DNA of 53,463 nucleotides from Gemmatimonadota bacterium (GCA_039586795.1 JBDHJS010000024.1:1-53463), one strand, 5' to 3'. Shown: positions 19,893 through 29,498, counted from the first letter of the stretch. Notes: generated from the sequence alone by a model not told the origin. Made by a program: numbers and translations.

Positions 19893-21355
19893 CGACCCCG
19901 ATGGATGAAGCGATCACCGGTCTGGAGAGCATCGCCGACGAGCTGCGGGCCTGGCTCGAAGCGATGCGCCTGGCGTTGGGCGGCCAGGTCGCCTGCCTCT
20001 GGACGATAGCTCCGAGAGACCGACAACTCCACGTTTCGCTCCGCTCCCCCGACGACGCAGAGCTCTCTCCTGACGAGGTCCCGATCGAGGGTCATGCCCT
20101 CGGTTGGGTCGTGAGCGAGGGTGTATCGTTGAGGGCGCCGCGCCGGGACATCTTTCGCCGTGGCGACGGCTGGCTGGTGGCTGCGCCGGTCAGCGAGCCT
20201 CGAGGCGTCACGATCGGTTGTGTGACGATGGATTTCGAGGGGGTCCCGCGGCCGGACGCGCCGCAGGCCCTGGAGCTGGCATCAGCGCTGGCCGGACGGC
20301 TGATCGGTGACGTGCGCGCCGCGCAGGAGGCTCTCGAAGATGTGCGTCGTTCCGAGGCTTTGTATGGAGCCGTCCTCGACCTGGATCGCGAGCTCGATCT
20401 GCGGGAGCTGTCCGCAGCTGTCTGCCGCCGGGCGCGGCGCGTCACGGGCGCCCGCGGAGCAGTGGTGGTGCTGTGGGACCACGACGAAGGGGAGGGCGGC
20501 ATAGTCGCCACCGACGGCGAGTTGCCCCGGGAGCTTGAGTCCGCCCCCGTGCAAGGCGATGGGTCGTACCTGGGGCTGGCTCTAGCGAACGGTACGACGT
20601 TGCCGCAGGACGATCTCACCGGCGCGACGAAGTTGCCCCTCTACGTGGAAGGCGTCGAGTCTCGCGCCGGCTCGGCGATCATCGTCCCGATGATCGTCCG
20701 CGCCGATCCGATCGGCGCCCTCGCCGTGGAGTACGAACGGCCGCGGGAATTCACTGAGAAGGACCTCGAGCGTCTGAAGGCGATCGCCCTGTCTGTCGCC
20801 CCAGCGTTCCGCAACGCGATCGAGTTCGGGATGGTCAAGGATCTCTCGCTCACCGACGCGCTGACCGGTCTACCCAACCGACGGGCGACCGAACGCGCCC
20901 TGGCGTCGACGACGGCGATCGCCGAGCGGACCGGCGCGCCGTTCGCTGTGGCCATCGTAGACGTCGACCACTTCAAAACGTTCAACGACAAGCACGGGCA
21001 CGAGGCGGGCGATCTCGTTCTGCAAACGGTTGCCAGGGCGATACGCGAGGAGCTGCGACCCGGCGACCACGCCGGGCGCTGGGGCGGTGAGGAATTCCTC
21101 ATCGTGCTTCCCGGAGCCGATGTCGAAGGGGGCGCCCGCGTGCTGGAGCGGGTCCGCCGCTGCGTCGAGATGTACCACGTCGAGTGGCGCGGCAAGATGT
21201 TGGGCGTGACGCTGAGCGCGGGCCTGACCGCTTGTCCGGAGATCATCCCGGCCGGTGGCGCCGTCCTCGCCTCCGCCGACGCGGCGCTCTACGCCGCCAA
21301 GCGGGGCGGCCGGAACACGCTGGTCGTAGCCGAACCGCGCGGGGCAGGCGGTTGA
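19889..21355 (+). CDS. GAF-domain diguanylate cyclase
   Basis: TDALTGLPNRR, DVDHFKTFND, RPGD I-site, GGEEF A-site; GAF-like N-terminal region(s); start TTG 19889 or ATG 19901. Confidence 0.92.
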   Translation: MTTPMDEAITGLESIADELRAWLEAMRLALGGQVACLWTIAPRDRQLHVSLRSPDDAELSPDEVPIEGHALGWVVSEGVSLRAPRRDIFRRGDGWLVAAPVSEPRGVTIGCVTMDFEGVPRPDAPQALELASALAGRLIGDVRAAQEALEDVRRSEALYGAVLDLDRELDLRELSAAVCRRARRVTGARGAVVVLWDHDEGEGGIVATDGELPRELESAPVQGDGSYLGLALANGTTLPQDDLTGATKLPLYVEGVESRAGSAIIVPMIVRADPIGALAVEYERPREFTEKDLERLKAIALSVAPAFRNAIEFGMVKDLSLTDALTGLPNRRATERALASTTAIAERTGAPFAVAIVDVDHFKTFNDKHGHEAGDLVLQTVARAIREELRPGDHAGRWGGEEFLIVLPGADVEGGARVLERVRRCVEMYHVEWRGKMLGVTLSAGLTACPEIIPAGGAVLASADAALYAAKRGGRNTLVVAEPRGAGG

Positions 21356-21424
21356 CCGCTTTCCTCCTACCTTCCCTCGGGAACCCCGCCGCGACATATT
21401 TCTAATGCACACTTCAGTGCTCGT

Positions 21425-21776
21425 GGGGGCGAACTGGCTTCGACGGGTTTGGTGAATGTGGAGCAGCGTGCCGAGGGCGCCTGGCCCCTCGCTAATCAAC
21501 TGGGCACTTTTACAACTGCCAACGACAACTTGGCACTGGCCGCCTAAACAGGCTGCCCGTCTCCTGGTCGGTTGGGCCCGAGACCGGTCTTGAGGCGTCG
21601 ATAAATCGGGCTGGCCGTCAAGCGTCGCCGCGGCGCGGGCCGGCGAGATCTTTAGCGGCTAGCCAATGGTAGGCTGCCTATCGGCCGACCGGCGGCGAAA
21701 TCCAAACGTTAGGCTACGCACGTAGCGGCTCTGCTGGATCTATTCTCGGACGCGGGTTCAATTCCCGCCGCCTCCA
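21425..21776 (+). ncRNA. ssrA: tmRNA
   Basis: 5' GGGGGCG...TTCGAC; 3' GCGGGTTCAATTCCCGC-CGCCTCCA; acceptor stem with G3-U pair; internal tag ORF; CCA not encoded. Confidence 0.97.
21518..21547 (+). other. tmRNA proteolysis tag (A)ANDNLALAA*
   Basis: gcc aac gac aac ttg gca ctg gcc gcc taa, with AND start and ALAA end. Confidence 0.93.
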
Positions 21777-21783
21777 TAGCTGC

Positions 21784-21929
21784 GGTAAGAGGTAGACGGT
21801 AGACAGTAGACGGTCGACGGTAAGAGGACGATAGAACGCAATCGGTGGCTGGCGTCGTGTTTGCTGTTGGTCACCGGTTTTCGTTTGCCTGGTTCGCTGC
21901 CGTCTACCGTCAACCGTCCACTGTCCACC
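21784..21929. repeat. Heptamer tandem repeats (GGTAGAC-like) with an inverted array
   Basis: ggtaaga ggtagac ggtagac agtagac ggtcgac ggtaaga (21784-21825) and gtctacc gtcaacc gtccact gtccacc (21902-21929). Confidence 0.85.
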
Positions 21930-21959
21930 AAGCCACTGAGTGAACGATATCCTCTGAGC

Positions 21960-23429
21960 ATGAGCCGAAACCTGCTGGATCACCGAATACTCATCCGCCC
22001 CACCGGCGAGCTTTCGATCAAGTCGACCCAGACGCGGCGCAAATTTCAGCGTGGGCTGATTGCGGCGATCAAGGACGCTTTGAGCTCGACCGGGGGCGAG
22101 TTTCGGGTCTTGAACGAATGGGGCCGCATCTTCGTCGAGTCGTCGAACCGAGCCGCCCTCGATGTCGTGCCGCGAGTGTTCGGTATCTCGTCGATTTCGG
22201 AGATCGAGGGGGTCACGAAGCCGGATCTCGAATCGATCGTCGCGACCGGTGCCGAGTTGTACGCCGACCGCGTGCGCGGCGGAACCTTCGCCGTGCGGGC
22301 GCGGCGTGCCGGGCGCCATAGCTTCTCCTCGAAAGATGTGAACTACGACCTGGGCGCTGCCCTCAACCCATACGCGGAGGTCAATCTCGACGAACCCGAC
22401 GTGACGGTCGGCGTCGAGATTCGGGAAGATCGAGCCTACTTCTTCAGCCAGCAAATTCCTGGTGCCGGCGGTCTCCCGTTGGGCGTCGAGGGACGGGCCG
22501 TGGCGCTGCTCTCCGGCGGCTACGACTCCGCTGTGGCCGCCTGGATGCTCCTCAAACGCGGTGTCGAACTCGACTACGTGTTCTGCAACCTGGCGGGCAG
22601 CGCCTACGAGCGGGCGGTCCTCAGTGTGGCAAAGCTGCTCGCCGATGAGTGGAGCTACGGCACACGACCGAGGATCCACGTTATCGAATTCGAGGAGCCG
22701 GTCCATCTGCTCAAAGAGAGCGTGAGTGAGAGCTTCTGGCAGGTCATCCTCAAGCGCCTGATGTACCGTGCTGGGGAACGGGTAGCCCGTGAGATGAAGG
22801 CGCACGCCATCGTGACGGGCGAAGCCGTCGGCCAGGTCTCGTCTCAGACACTCGCTAACCTGCGCGCGATCAACGAGAGCATTGCGCTCCCGGTCCTGCG
22901 GCCGCTGGTCGGTTTCGACAAGACGGAGATCATCGAGCGCAGCCGCCAGATCGGCACTTACGCGCTGTCCGAAAAGGTCCGGGAATACTGCGCCCTGACG
23001 GAAGAGTATCCGGTGACCGGCACCACGCCGGCCGAGGCGGAACGCGAAGAGTCCAAGCTCGACCTCTCGATGCTCAACGAGCCGGTGGCCGAGCGTCGAG
23101 TTCTCGATCTGCGCGATCTGGATCCGACCGACTTGGTAACGCCCTACCTCTATACCTCGGAGATACCGGACGGTGCAGTGGTCATCGATGCTCGCGCCCG
23201 CTCACAGTACGACCCCTGGCACTACCCGGACGCGGTGCACCACGACTTTTGGGAGTTGTACGGAGGCTTCAAGAAGCTGGATCGTGAGCGCAAGTATGTT
23301 CTGTACTGCGATCTCGGGCTGCGGACGGCGCAGTTGGCGGAGAAGATGCAACGCGCGGGTTATGAGGCGTATTCGTTTAAGGGCGGAGTGCGGGCTTTAA
23401 GGGCGCTGGCGAAGGGACAGGCAGGGTGA
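21960..23429 (+). CDS. thiI: tRNA 4-thiouridine synthase ThiI with C-terminal rhodanese domain
   Basis: GELSIKS, THUMP domain, LLSGGYDS PP-loop, TGEAVGQVSSQT, REYC, rhodanese YCDLGLRT; start ATG 21960. Confidence 0.95.
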   Translation: MSRNLLDHRILIRPTGELSIKSTQTRRKFQRGLIAAIKDALSSTGGEFRVLNEWGRIFVESSNRAALDVVPRVFGISSISEIEGVTKPDLESIVATGAELYADRVRGGTFAVRARRAGRHSFSSKDVNYDLGAALNPYAEVNLDEPDVTVGVEIREDRAYFFSQQIPGAGGLPLGVEGRAVALLSGGYDSAVAAWMLLKRGVELDYVFCNLAGSAYERAVLSVAKLLADEWSYGTRPRIHVIEFEEPVHLLKESVSESFWQVILKRLMYRAGERVAREMKAHAIVTGEAVGQVSSQTLANLRAINESIALPVLRPLVGFDKTEIIERSRQIGTYALSEKVREYCALTEEYPVTGTTPAEAEREESKLDLSMLNEPVAERRVLDLRDLDPTDLVTPYLYTSEIPDGAVVIDARARSQYDPWHYPDAVHHDFWELYGGFKKLDRERKYVLYCDLGLRTAQLAEKMQRAGYEAYSFKGGVRALRALAKGQAG

Positions 23430-23509
23430 ACATTGAACGGTGGGCATGAACATTCAGCATGGAACGTGACTTCGATGCTCCGTGCTGGATGGGCAATGCT
23501 AAGTGTTCA
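23427..23509. repeat. Imperfect inverted repeat with 7-nt periodicity between convergent thiI and mlaD
   Basis: cattcagcatggaacgt (23451-67) pairs with atgctccgtgctggatg (23475-91); outer tgaacat / gtgttca include both stop codons. Confidence 0.7.
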
Positions 23510-24481
23510 AAAGACCGTAATCGGTGGCACGTACTTCCTGGGATTCTCCCTTAGTTCCACAATCACTGCCTGCACATCAACCAGCAACTTCAACAAACTC
23601 TCATAAAGCTCCTGATCCGTCAGCATCTGGCCCAGCGTGCCTTCGCCGGCCTCGACCATCGAGAGCAGCGAATCGGCGCGGACCGATGTGGAGGCGAGCT
23701 TTCGGTAGAGCTCGTCGTCCGTCAGCAACAGAGACAGGCTGCCTTCGCCGCTCACCAGCGTGTGGGTCAGCGTATCGAGTCCGGCGATCACCGAGCGTAG
23801 ATCGCCGTACAGATCTTCGTCTTGGGCCAGTTGGGCCAGCGCGCCCTCCCCGCGCCCGACGGCGCCCAGGAAGTCGTTGAGCGAGCGAGAGGTCTTGAGC
23901 AGCTCTGTGTACAGCGTTGTGTCCATCAGGAGGCGGCCGGCGGTCCCCTGGCCGGCGAGCAGGCTGTCCGCCATTTCTCGCATGTTACGGAGGATCGCAG
24001 CCAGGTCGTCCACCAGGGCCGAGGCGGATCCAAACATCTCCTCGTAGTCGAGCGCGTCGGCGCTGCGCACCGTGTCGCCTTCGGCCAGCGCGGGCATGTT
24101 GAGCGAACCGGGCGTGATGTCGATGGTCTTGTCGCCCAGCAGGCCTTGCGTGCGGATCCGTGCCTCCGAATCCGTGCGGATCAGCTCCGTCACCCCGACG
24201 TCGATCGCCAGCGTGATCTTGAGGACGTGCGACGGGTCCTGGCGTTCATCGATTGGCACGAACTCGATGAGCTCTACCTTGCCGACGTCCTGCCCGGCCA
24301 GCTTGACCCGAGCGCCGGTGGAGAGTCCGTTTCCGCTCGGCATCAGGGTGGTCAGCTGGTAGCGTTCTCCGAACACCGCACCGGTATCACCGATGAAGAA
24401 GACGGCGACCGCGAGCACGACCAGCGCCACGGTGACCGCGACCCCCACGCGAACCTGGCTCCAGCTAATCCCGGCGTTCAT
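23507..24481 (-). CDS. mlaD: MCE/MlaD family protein with helical extension
   Basis: N-terminal TM, GLSTGARVKLAGQDVGKV, IRTQGLLGDKTIDITPG, GEGTLGQML repeats, NPRKY. Confidence 0.92.
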   Translation of the reverse strand: MNAGISWSQVRVGVAVTVALVVLAVAVFFIGDTGAVFGERYQLTTLMPSGNGLSTGARVKLAGQDVGKVELIEFVPIDERQDPSHVLKITLAIDVGVTELIRTDSEARIRTQGLLGDKTIDITPGSLNMPALAEGDTVRSADALDYEEMFGSASALVDDLAAILRNMREMADSLLAGQGTAGRLLMDTTLYTELLKTSRSLNDFLGAVGRGEGALAQLAQDEDLYGDLRSVIAGLDTLTHTLVSGEGSLSLLLTDDELYRKLASTSVRADSLLSMVEAGEGTLGQMLTDQELYESLLKLLVDVQAVIVELRENPRKYVPPITVF

Positions 24482-24501
24482 CTAGCGCGCAACCTCCTGC
24501 C

Positions 24502-25296
24502 TCAGTCCTGGAACTCCCGTACGTATGGGTCGGTGGAAGCCACCATCTCCGCCGGCGTTCCGTAGAAGCATATGCGACAGTCCTTCAACATCGCGATATG
24601 CGTGGAGACTTCCAGGACCGCCTTGACGTCATGGCTGACCAGGATGCCTGTCACATGCAGCTCTCTTTGAAGCCTCTTGATAAGATCGACTATCGTTCGC
24701 GACGTCAATGGGTCGAGCCCCGTCGTCGGCTCGTCATAGAGCAAGATCTTGGGGTCGCCCGCTATCGCCCGGGCGATCCCGACCCGCTTGCGCTGGCCGC
24801 CGGACAGCTCGGCTGGTAGGCGCTTGCCGAATTCATCAACGTCCAGGTCCACGAACGCCAGCGACTGCGTCACGCGTTCGATGATCTCGTCCTCTGGCAG
24901 CCTCTGATGCTCGCGCAGCGGGTAAGCGACGTTCTCGAAAATCGTCAGTGAATCGAACAGCGCCGCCGCCTGAAAGACCATCCCCATCTTCTGGCGGACC
25001 TCCAATACCTCTTCGAACGAGAGCTGATTGATGTTCTCGCCGTCGATCAGGACCTCGCCCGTATCCGGCACGAGCAGCCGCAGGATGATCTTCAGAATAG
25101 TCGATTTCCCGACGCCCGAGGCTCCGATGATGGAGAGCGTCTCGCGTTCGCGAACCTTGAATGTGACGTCGCAAAGCACCGGCTTCTCGAAGGTCAAATT
25201 CAGCCCCTCCACCTCGAGGATCACCGGTGCCTGCCCCCCGGAGGTCCCGGTGGATTCGGATGGCGAGTCGTGTGCGAGTCGGTGCTCGTCGTTCAT
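24502..25296 (-). CDS. mlaF: MlaF/Mkl-type ABC ATPase
   Basis: GASGVGKS, MVFQAAALFDSL, LSGGQRKRV, YDEPTTGLDP. Confidence 0.94.
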   Translation of the reverse strand: MNDEHRLAHDSPSESTGTSGGQAPVILEVEGLNLTFEKPVLCDVTFKVRERETLSIIGASGVGKSTILKIILRLLVPDTGEVLIDGENINQLSFEEVLEVRQKMGMVFQAAALFDSLTIFENVAYPLREHQRLPEDEIIERVTQSLAFVDLDVDEFGKRLPAELSGGQRKRVGIARAIAGDPKILLYDEPTTGLDPLTSRTIVDLIKRLQRELHVTGILVSHDVKAVLEVSTHIAMLKDCRICFYGTPAEMVASTDPYVREFQD

Positions 25297-26117
25297 GAAG
25301 TAAATAGTACCGAGATCAGCAACTGCGTTAAGAAGTAGTCGACGGCCAGGATGAGTATCGATGCTGTTACGACCGCTCGAGTCGTGCTAACGCCGACGCC
25401 TTCCGTTCCACCTCGCGTCTGCAAACCGAAATAACAGCCGGTCATCGCGATGATACCGCCGAAGAAGAACGGCTTGATCAAACCGCCAAGCACGTCTCTC
25501 GGAATGACGCCCAGGATGAACCCCGAGTCTGACAGCGTCTCGTATACGGAACGCATGTAGAGGTCGGGCGTTAGATCCAGCTTGACGACGGCGATCAGCA
25601 TGCCACCGAAGATCGCCAGTGTATCGGTGATGATCGTCAGGATCGGCAGCATGATCAGCGCGGCGACCAGCCTGGGGGTGACCAGCTTCTTGATCGGGTC
25701 GGTGCCTATAACGTTGAGGGCGTCGATCTGTTCCGTCACCTTCATCGCACCCAGTTGCGCCGCCATTCCGGAACCCACCCGCCCGGCCACCATCAGGGCG
25801 GTGAGCACCGGTCCCAGCTCACGAACCGCGCTGGCGCCTACCAGACGACCGATGTAGATGGTCGCGCCGAACCGTCGCATCTCCACCGAGCTTTGAAGGG
25901 CCAGCACCATCCCGGTGAACAATCCCGTGAGCAGCACGATGCCCAGCGAGCCGACTCCGATCTTGTCCATCTGGTCGAGCGTGTCCCGCCAATAGAAGGG
26001 CCGCGCGAAAATATAGCGCACCGCCTTGACGGTCAGGATCGTGTACTGCTGCACGCCAAGTACGGCCCCTTTGAGCCAGGACTCGATCACGTATACCAGA
26101 TACCAGATTCTATTCAA
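25293..26117 (-). CDS. mlaE: MlaE family ABC permease
   Basis: RELGPVLTALMVAGRVGS, MKVTEQIDAL, GGTEGVGVSTTRAVV. Confidence 0.95.
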   Translation of the reverse strand: MNRIWYLVYVIESWLKGAVLGVQQYTILTVKAVRYIFARPFYWRDTLDQMDKIGVGSLGIVLLTGLFTGMVLALQSSVEMRRFGATIYIGRLVGASAVRELGPVLTALMVAGRVGSGMAAQLGAMKVTEQIDALNVIGTDPIKKLVTPRLVAALIMLPILTIITDTLAIFGGMLIAVVKLDLTPDLYMRSVYETLSDSGFILGVIPRDVLGGLIKPFFFGGIIAMTGCYFGLQTRGGTEGVGVSTTRAVVTASILILAVDYFLTQLLISVLFTS

Positions 26118-26154
26118 CCGGTCCCTCCCGGCGGCCGGGGGTCTGGCGCTTGCT

Positions 26155-26184
26155 TTGACATTCGTGAGACCCTTGTTTTATCTT
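26155..26184 (+). promoter_or_regulatory. Candidate sigma70 promoter for rfaE1-fhs-ridA
   Basis: TTGACA-18nt-TATCTT in the divergent intergenic region. Confidence 0.55.
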
Positions 26185-26238
26185 CGCGCGCCCCCAAAAG
26201 TCAAGGATAGCCCCACAACCCTGAATTCTGGTGATGGA

Positions 26239-27234
26239 TTGACGATCGACAGGAGTAGGGTCGAAGAGCTGCTGGATCGCGCCTGTGACGTGAGAATCGC
26301 CGTCATCGGCGACTGTATGCTGGATATCTATCTCAGCGGCTCGGTTGGCCGGATCTCGCCGGAAGCGCCGGTTCCGGTGGTCCAGGTCGAAGGCGAGCGC
26401 TCGGCCCCGGGGGGGGCCGCGAACGTGGCGGCGGCCGTCGTGGCGCTGGGCGCCGGTTGCGAGCTCATCGGCCTGATCGGTGGTGACGGCGCCGGAGCCC
26501 AGCTGGTCGAGGCGCTGCGCGAGCTGGATGTGAATGGCGAGCGCCTGGTCACCGACTCGGGCCGCTCGACCACGACCAAGACTCGGGTCATGGCCCGCCA
26601 CCAGCACGTGGTGCGCTTCGACCGGGAGACCGAGGACGACGTGAGCGACGAAATCGCCGAGCGCCTCATCGCACAGCTGCGGGAGGTCGCGGATTCGGTG
26701 GATGCGGTCATCCTCCAGGACTACAACAAGGGTGTGCTCGTTCCGCCGGTCATTCGGGGGACGGTGGACGTGGCCCGCGAACGGGATGTGCCATCCGTAG
26801 CCGACCCGAAGTTCAACCGCTTCTTCGAGTACTCGGGCGTTCACCTGTTCAAGCCAACCGCTCTCGAGCTCTCCGCCGCCCTCGGCATGCCCAAAGCACC
26901 GCGCGACAAGGAGGGACTACGAGAGGCCCGAAGCCGCCTCGGCTGCGAGCACTTGCTCGTCACACTGGCCGAGGACGGCATGCTCCTCTACAGCGGCGGC
27001 GACGAGATGAGCCACATTCGCGCCGTCGCTCGCGATGTTTACGACGTGTCCGGCGCCGGCGATATCGTCACCGCCACGCTGGCCGTATGCCTAGCCGCAG
27101 GTGGCACGGAGTTTGAAGCATCGGTGGTGGCGAATTACGCCGCAGGCGTGGAAGTCAGTAAGTCAGGAGTCGTTCCGGTGAGGCCGGATGAAATTCTGGC
27201 CGTGCTGGACGTAGAACATAATGTGACGGAATAA
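26239..27234 (+). CDS. rfaE1: D-glycero-beta-D-manno-heptose-7-phosphate kinase (HldE domain I)
   Basis: IGDCMLD, RISPEAPVPV, GGAANVA, TTTKTR, QDYNKG, DVSGAGD; start TTG 26239. Confidence 0.93.
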   Translation: MTIDRSRVEELLDRACDVRIAVIGDCMLDIYLSGSVGRISPEAPVPVVQVEGERSAPGGAANVAAAVVALGAGCELIGLIGGDGAGAQLVEALRELDVNGERLVTDSGRSTTTKTRVMARHQHVVRFDRETEDDVSDEIAERLIAQLREVADSVDAVILQDYNKGVLVPPVIRGTVDVARERDVPSVADPKFNRFFEYSGVHLFKPTALELSAALGMPKAPRDKEGLREARSRLGCEHLLVTLAEDGMLLYSGGDEMSHIRAVARDVYDVSGAGDIVTATLAVCLAAGGTEFEASVVANYAAGVEVSKSGVVPVRPDEILAVLDVEHNVTE

Positions 27235-27252
27235 CCCACAGGGCCCACGAAC

Positions 27253-28926
27253 ATGTCACGCTCCATACCGCAGGATATCGAAATCGCACAGGCCGCCACG
27301 CTCAAACCGATCAGCGAGATCGCCGACGGGCTCGGGCTGACGACAGACGACTACCAACCTTACGGCAAGAACAAGGCGAAGGTCTCCCTAGAGCTAAGCC
27401 AGCGGCCGCCGAAGGCGAAACTGGTTCTGGTCACGGCCATCACGCCGACGCCGGCGGGAGAAGGGAAGAGCACCGTTTCAGTCGGTCTCTCGCAGGCGAT
27501 GAGCAAGCGCAAAGTGAACCACGTTCTCTGTCTACGCGAGCCATCCCTCGGGCCGGTGTTCGGCATCAAAGGTGGCGCCGCTGGCGGCGGATACGCCCAG
27601 GTCGTACCGATGGAGGACATCAACCTTCACTTCACCGGCGACTTCCACGCGATCACCAGCGCCCACGCGCTCCTCTCCGCAATGCTGGACGCCCATATCC
27701 ACCACGGCAATGAGGCGGGCATCGACGTGCGGCGGATCACCTGGCCGCGCTCCGTCGACATGAACGACCGGGCGCTCCGCAACATGGTGATCGGACTGGG
27801 CGGCGCGGTCCACGGCGTACCGCGTCAGGACGGATTCGTGATCACGGCGGCCAGCGAGATCATGGCGATCTTCTGTCTGTCGAAGGATCTGGATGACCTG
27901 ACCGAGCGGCTGGGTCGGATCGTCGTCGGGTACACCAGCGCCGGCGAGCCGGTGCGCGCGAAAGATCTCGACGCGCCCGGTGCGATGACGGTGCTGCTCC
28001 GCGATGCGCTGGCGCCGAACCTCGTTCAGACGCTGGAAGGCGGAGCGGCGTTCATCCACGGCGGTCCGTTCGGCAACATCGCTCACGGCTGCAACTCGAT
28101 CATCGCGACGCGAACCGGCCTTGGCCTCGGCGAAGTCGTGGTGACTGAAGCCGGCTTCGGCTCCGATCTGGGCGCCGAGAAGTTCTTCAATATCAAGTGT
28201 CGGACCGCCGGCTTTCGCCCGGAGGCCGCTGTGGTCGTCGCCACAACCCGCGCTCTGCGCCATCATGGCGGTGCGGCGAAGGAAGATCTCGCCAAGGCCG
28301 ACGCCGCGGCGGTGAAGCGCGGCTTCGCCAACCTCGCGGCCCACATCCACAACGTGCAGCAGCACGGTGTGCCGCCGGTCGTGTCCCTCAACGTCTTCGA
28401 CGGCGACAGCGATGAAGAGCACAAGAACATCATGGCCGGCTGCGAGGAGTTGGGCGTACCCTGCGTGAAGACCGAGATCTGGGCGAAGGGCGGCGAGGGT
28501 GGACTGGAGCTGTCGGATGCGGTGATGGATACGCTCGAGAAGGGGCAGGCCGCCTTCCAGCCGATCTATCCCGTGGACGTCCCGATCAAAGAGAAGGTCC
28601 AGACGATCGCCACCAAGGTGTACGGCGGCGATGGTGTGCACTATACGCCGGCGGCTGAGAAGCAGATCGCGCAGCTCGAGAAGCTGGGCTTCGGCGACCT
28701 GCCGATCTGCATGGCCAAGACTCAGTATTCGTTGAGCGACGATCCTGCGAAGCGGGCTCGACCCTCCGGCTTCAACATCACGGTCCGCGAGGCGAAGGTC
28801 TCCGCCGGCGCCGGCTTCATCGTCGTCTTCACCGGCGACATCATGACGATGCCGGGTCTTGGGAAGAAGCCGGCCGCGGTCAACATGCGGGTGAACAAAG
28901 AAGGCAAGATCGAGGGGCTATTTTAA
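27253..28926 (+). CDS. fhs: Formate--tetrahydrofolate ligase
   Basis: [61 protein letters not shown]. Confidence 0.98.
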   Translation: MSRSIPQDIEIAQAATLKPISEIADGLGLTTDDYQPYGKNKAKVSLELSQRPPKAKLVLVTAITPTPAGEGKSTVSVGLSQAMSKRKVNHVLCLREPSLGPVFGIKGGAAGGGYAQVVPMEDINLHFTGDFHAITSAHALLSAMLDAHIHHGNEAGIDVRRITWPRSVDMNDRALRNMVIGLGGAVHGVPRQDGFVITAASEIMAIFCLSKDLDDLTERLGRIVVGYTSAGEPVRAKDLDAPGAMTVLLRDALAPNLVQTLEGGAAFIHGGPFGNIAHGCNSIIATRTGLGLGEVVVTEAGFGSDLGAEKFFNIKCRTAGFRPEAAVVVATTRALRHHGGAAKEDLAKADAAAVKRGFANLAAHIHNVQQHGVPPVVSLNVFDGDSDEEHKNIMAGCEELGVPCVKTEIWAKGGEGGLELSDAVMDTLEKGQAAFQPIYPVDVPIKEKVQTIATKVYGGDGVHYTPAAEKQIAQLEKLGFGDLPICMAKTQYSLSDDPAKRARPSGFNITVREAKVSAGAGFIVVFTGDIMTMPGLGKKPAAVNMRVNKEGKIEGLF

Positions 28927-28927
28927 C

Positions 28928-29314
28928 ATGAGCGATAGACAGCGAGTTCACACCGACGGAGCCCCGGCGGCCATCGGACCGTATTCACAGGCGATCGTCA
29001 CAGGCGGTTTCGTTTATACCGCGGGCCAGATCGCGCTGCACCCCGAGACAGGTGAGCTGGTGGATGGCGGAGTCGAGGCTCAGGCGGTGCGCGTGCTGCA
29101 GAACCTGACCGCGGTGCTCGAAGCTGCGGGCTCGAGCATGAAGAACGTCGTGAAGACGACCATGTATCTGGCTGACATCGCGGACTTCGTGACGGTGAAC
29201 GAGATTTACGCGCAGTACTTCGAGGAGCCGTTCCCGACGCGTTCGGCGATTCAGGCGGGTGCGTTGCCGAAGGGCGCGCTGGTCGAGATCGACGCGATTG
29301 CGCTGGTTGGATAG
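28928..29314 (+). CDS. ridA: RidA family enamine/imine deaminase
   Basis: APAAIGPYSQA, AGQI, PTRSA (catalytic Arg), LPKGALVEID. Confidence 0.93.
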   Translation: MSDRQRVHTDGAPAAIGPYSQAIVTGGFVYTAGQIALHPETGELVDGGVEAQAVRVLQNLTAVLEAAGSSMKNVVKTTMYLADIADFVTVNEIYAQYFEEPFPTRSAIQAGALPKGALVEIDAIALVG

Positions 29315-29343
29315 CTCGCGGCACGGATCGTAGATGTTGAGAG

Positions 29344-29370
29344 CGCCCCCTTTTGGGGGCGTCTTCTTTT
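29344..29370 (+). terminator. Intrinsic terminator after ridA
   Basis: cgccccc-tttt-gggggcg followed by tcttctttt. Confidence 0.8.
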
Positions 29371-29450
29371 GTTGCTGGTCGTTTGCGGCTGTGGCATCTT
29401 CTTGGCGGGTGGCACGCGGCGACGGTGTTTCGATACTGGCGAGAACGGGG

Positions 29451-29498
29451 CGATAGCGATCACGATCATGATTACGAGCACGAGCAGGAGCAGGAGAA
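29451..29498 (+). repeat. Degenerate hexamer tandem repeat overlapping the sulfatase start
   Basis: cgatag cgatca cgatca tgatta cgagca cgagca ggagca ggagaa. Confidence 0.6.

Noticed and set aside
21784..21929. CRISPR array in the short-repeat regions (also 45480-45560)
   Set aside because: Units are 6-7 nt in tandem with no unique spacers, and no cas genes are present
21714..22805. 363-aa minus-strand ORF
   Set aside because: Antisense to thiI, the repeat region and the tmRNA 3' end (WRRRELNPRP is the antisense T-arm reading)
27532..28641. Long antisense ORFs opposite fhs, ahcY, hprK, selB and others
   Set aside because: Expected shadow frames of GC-rich coding DNA; no motifs and full overlap with well-supported genes
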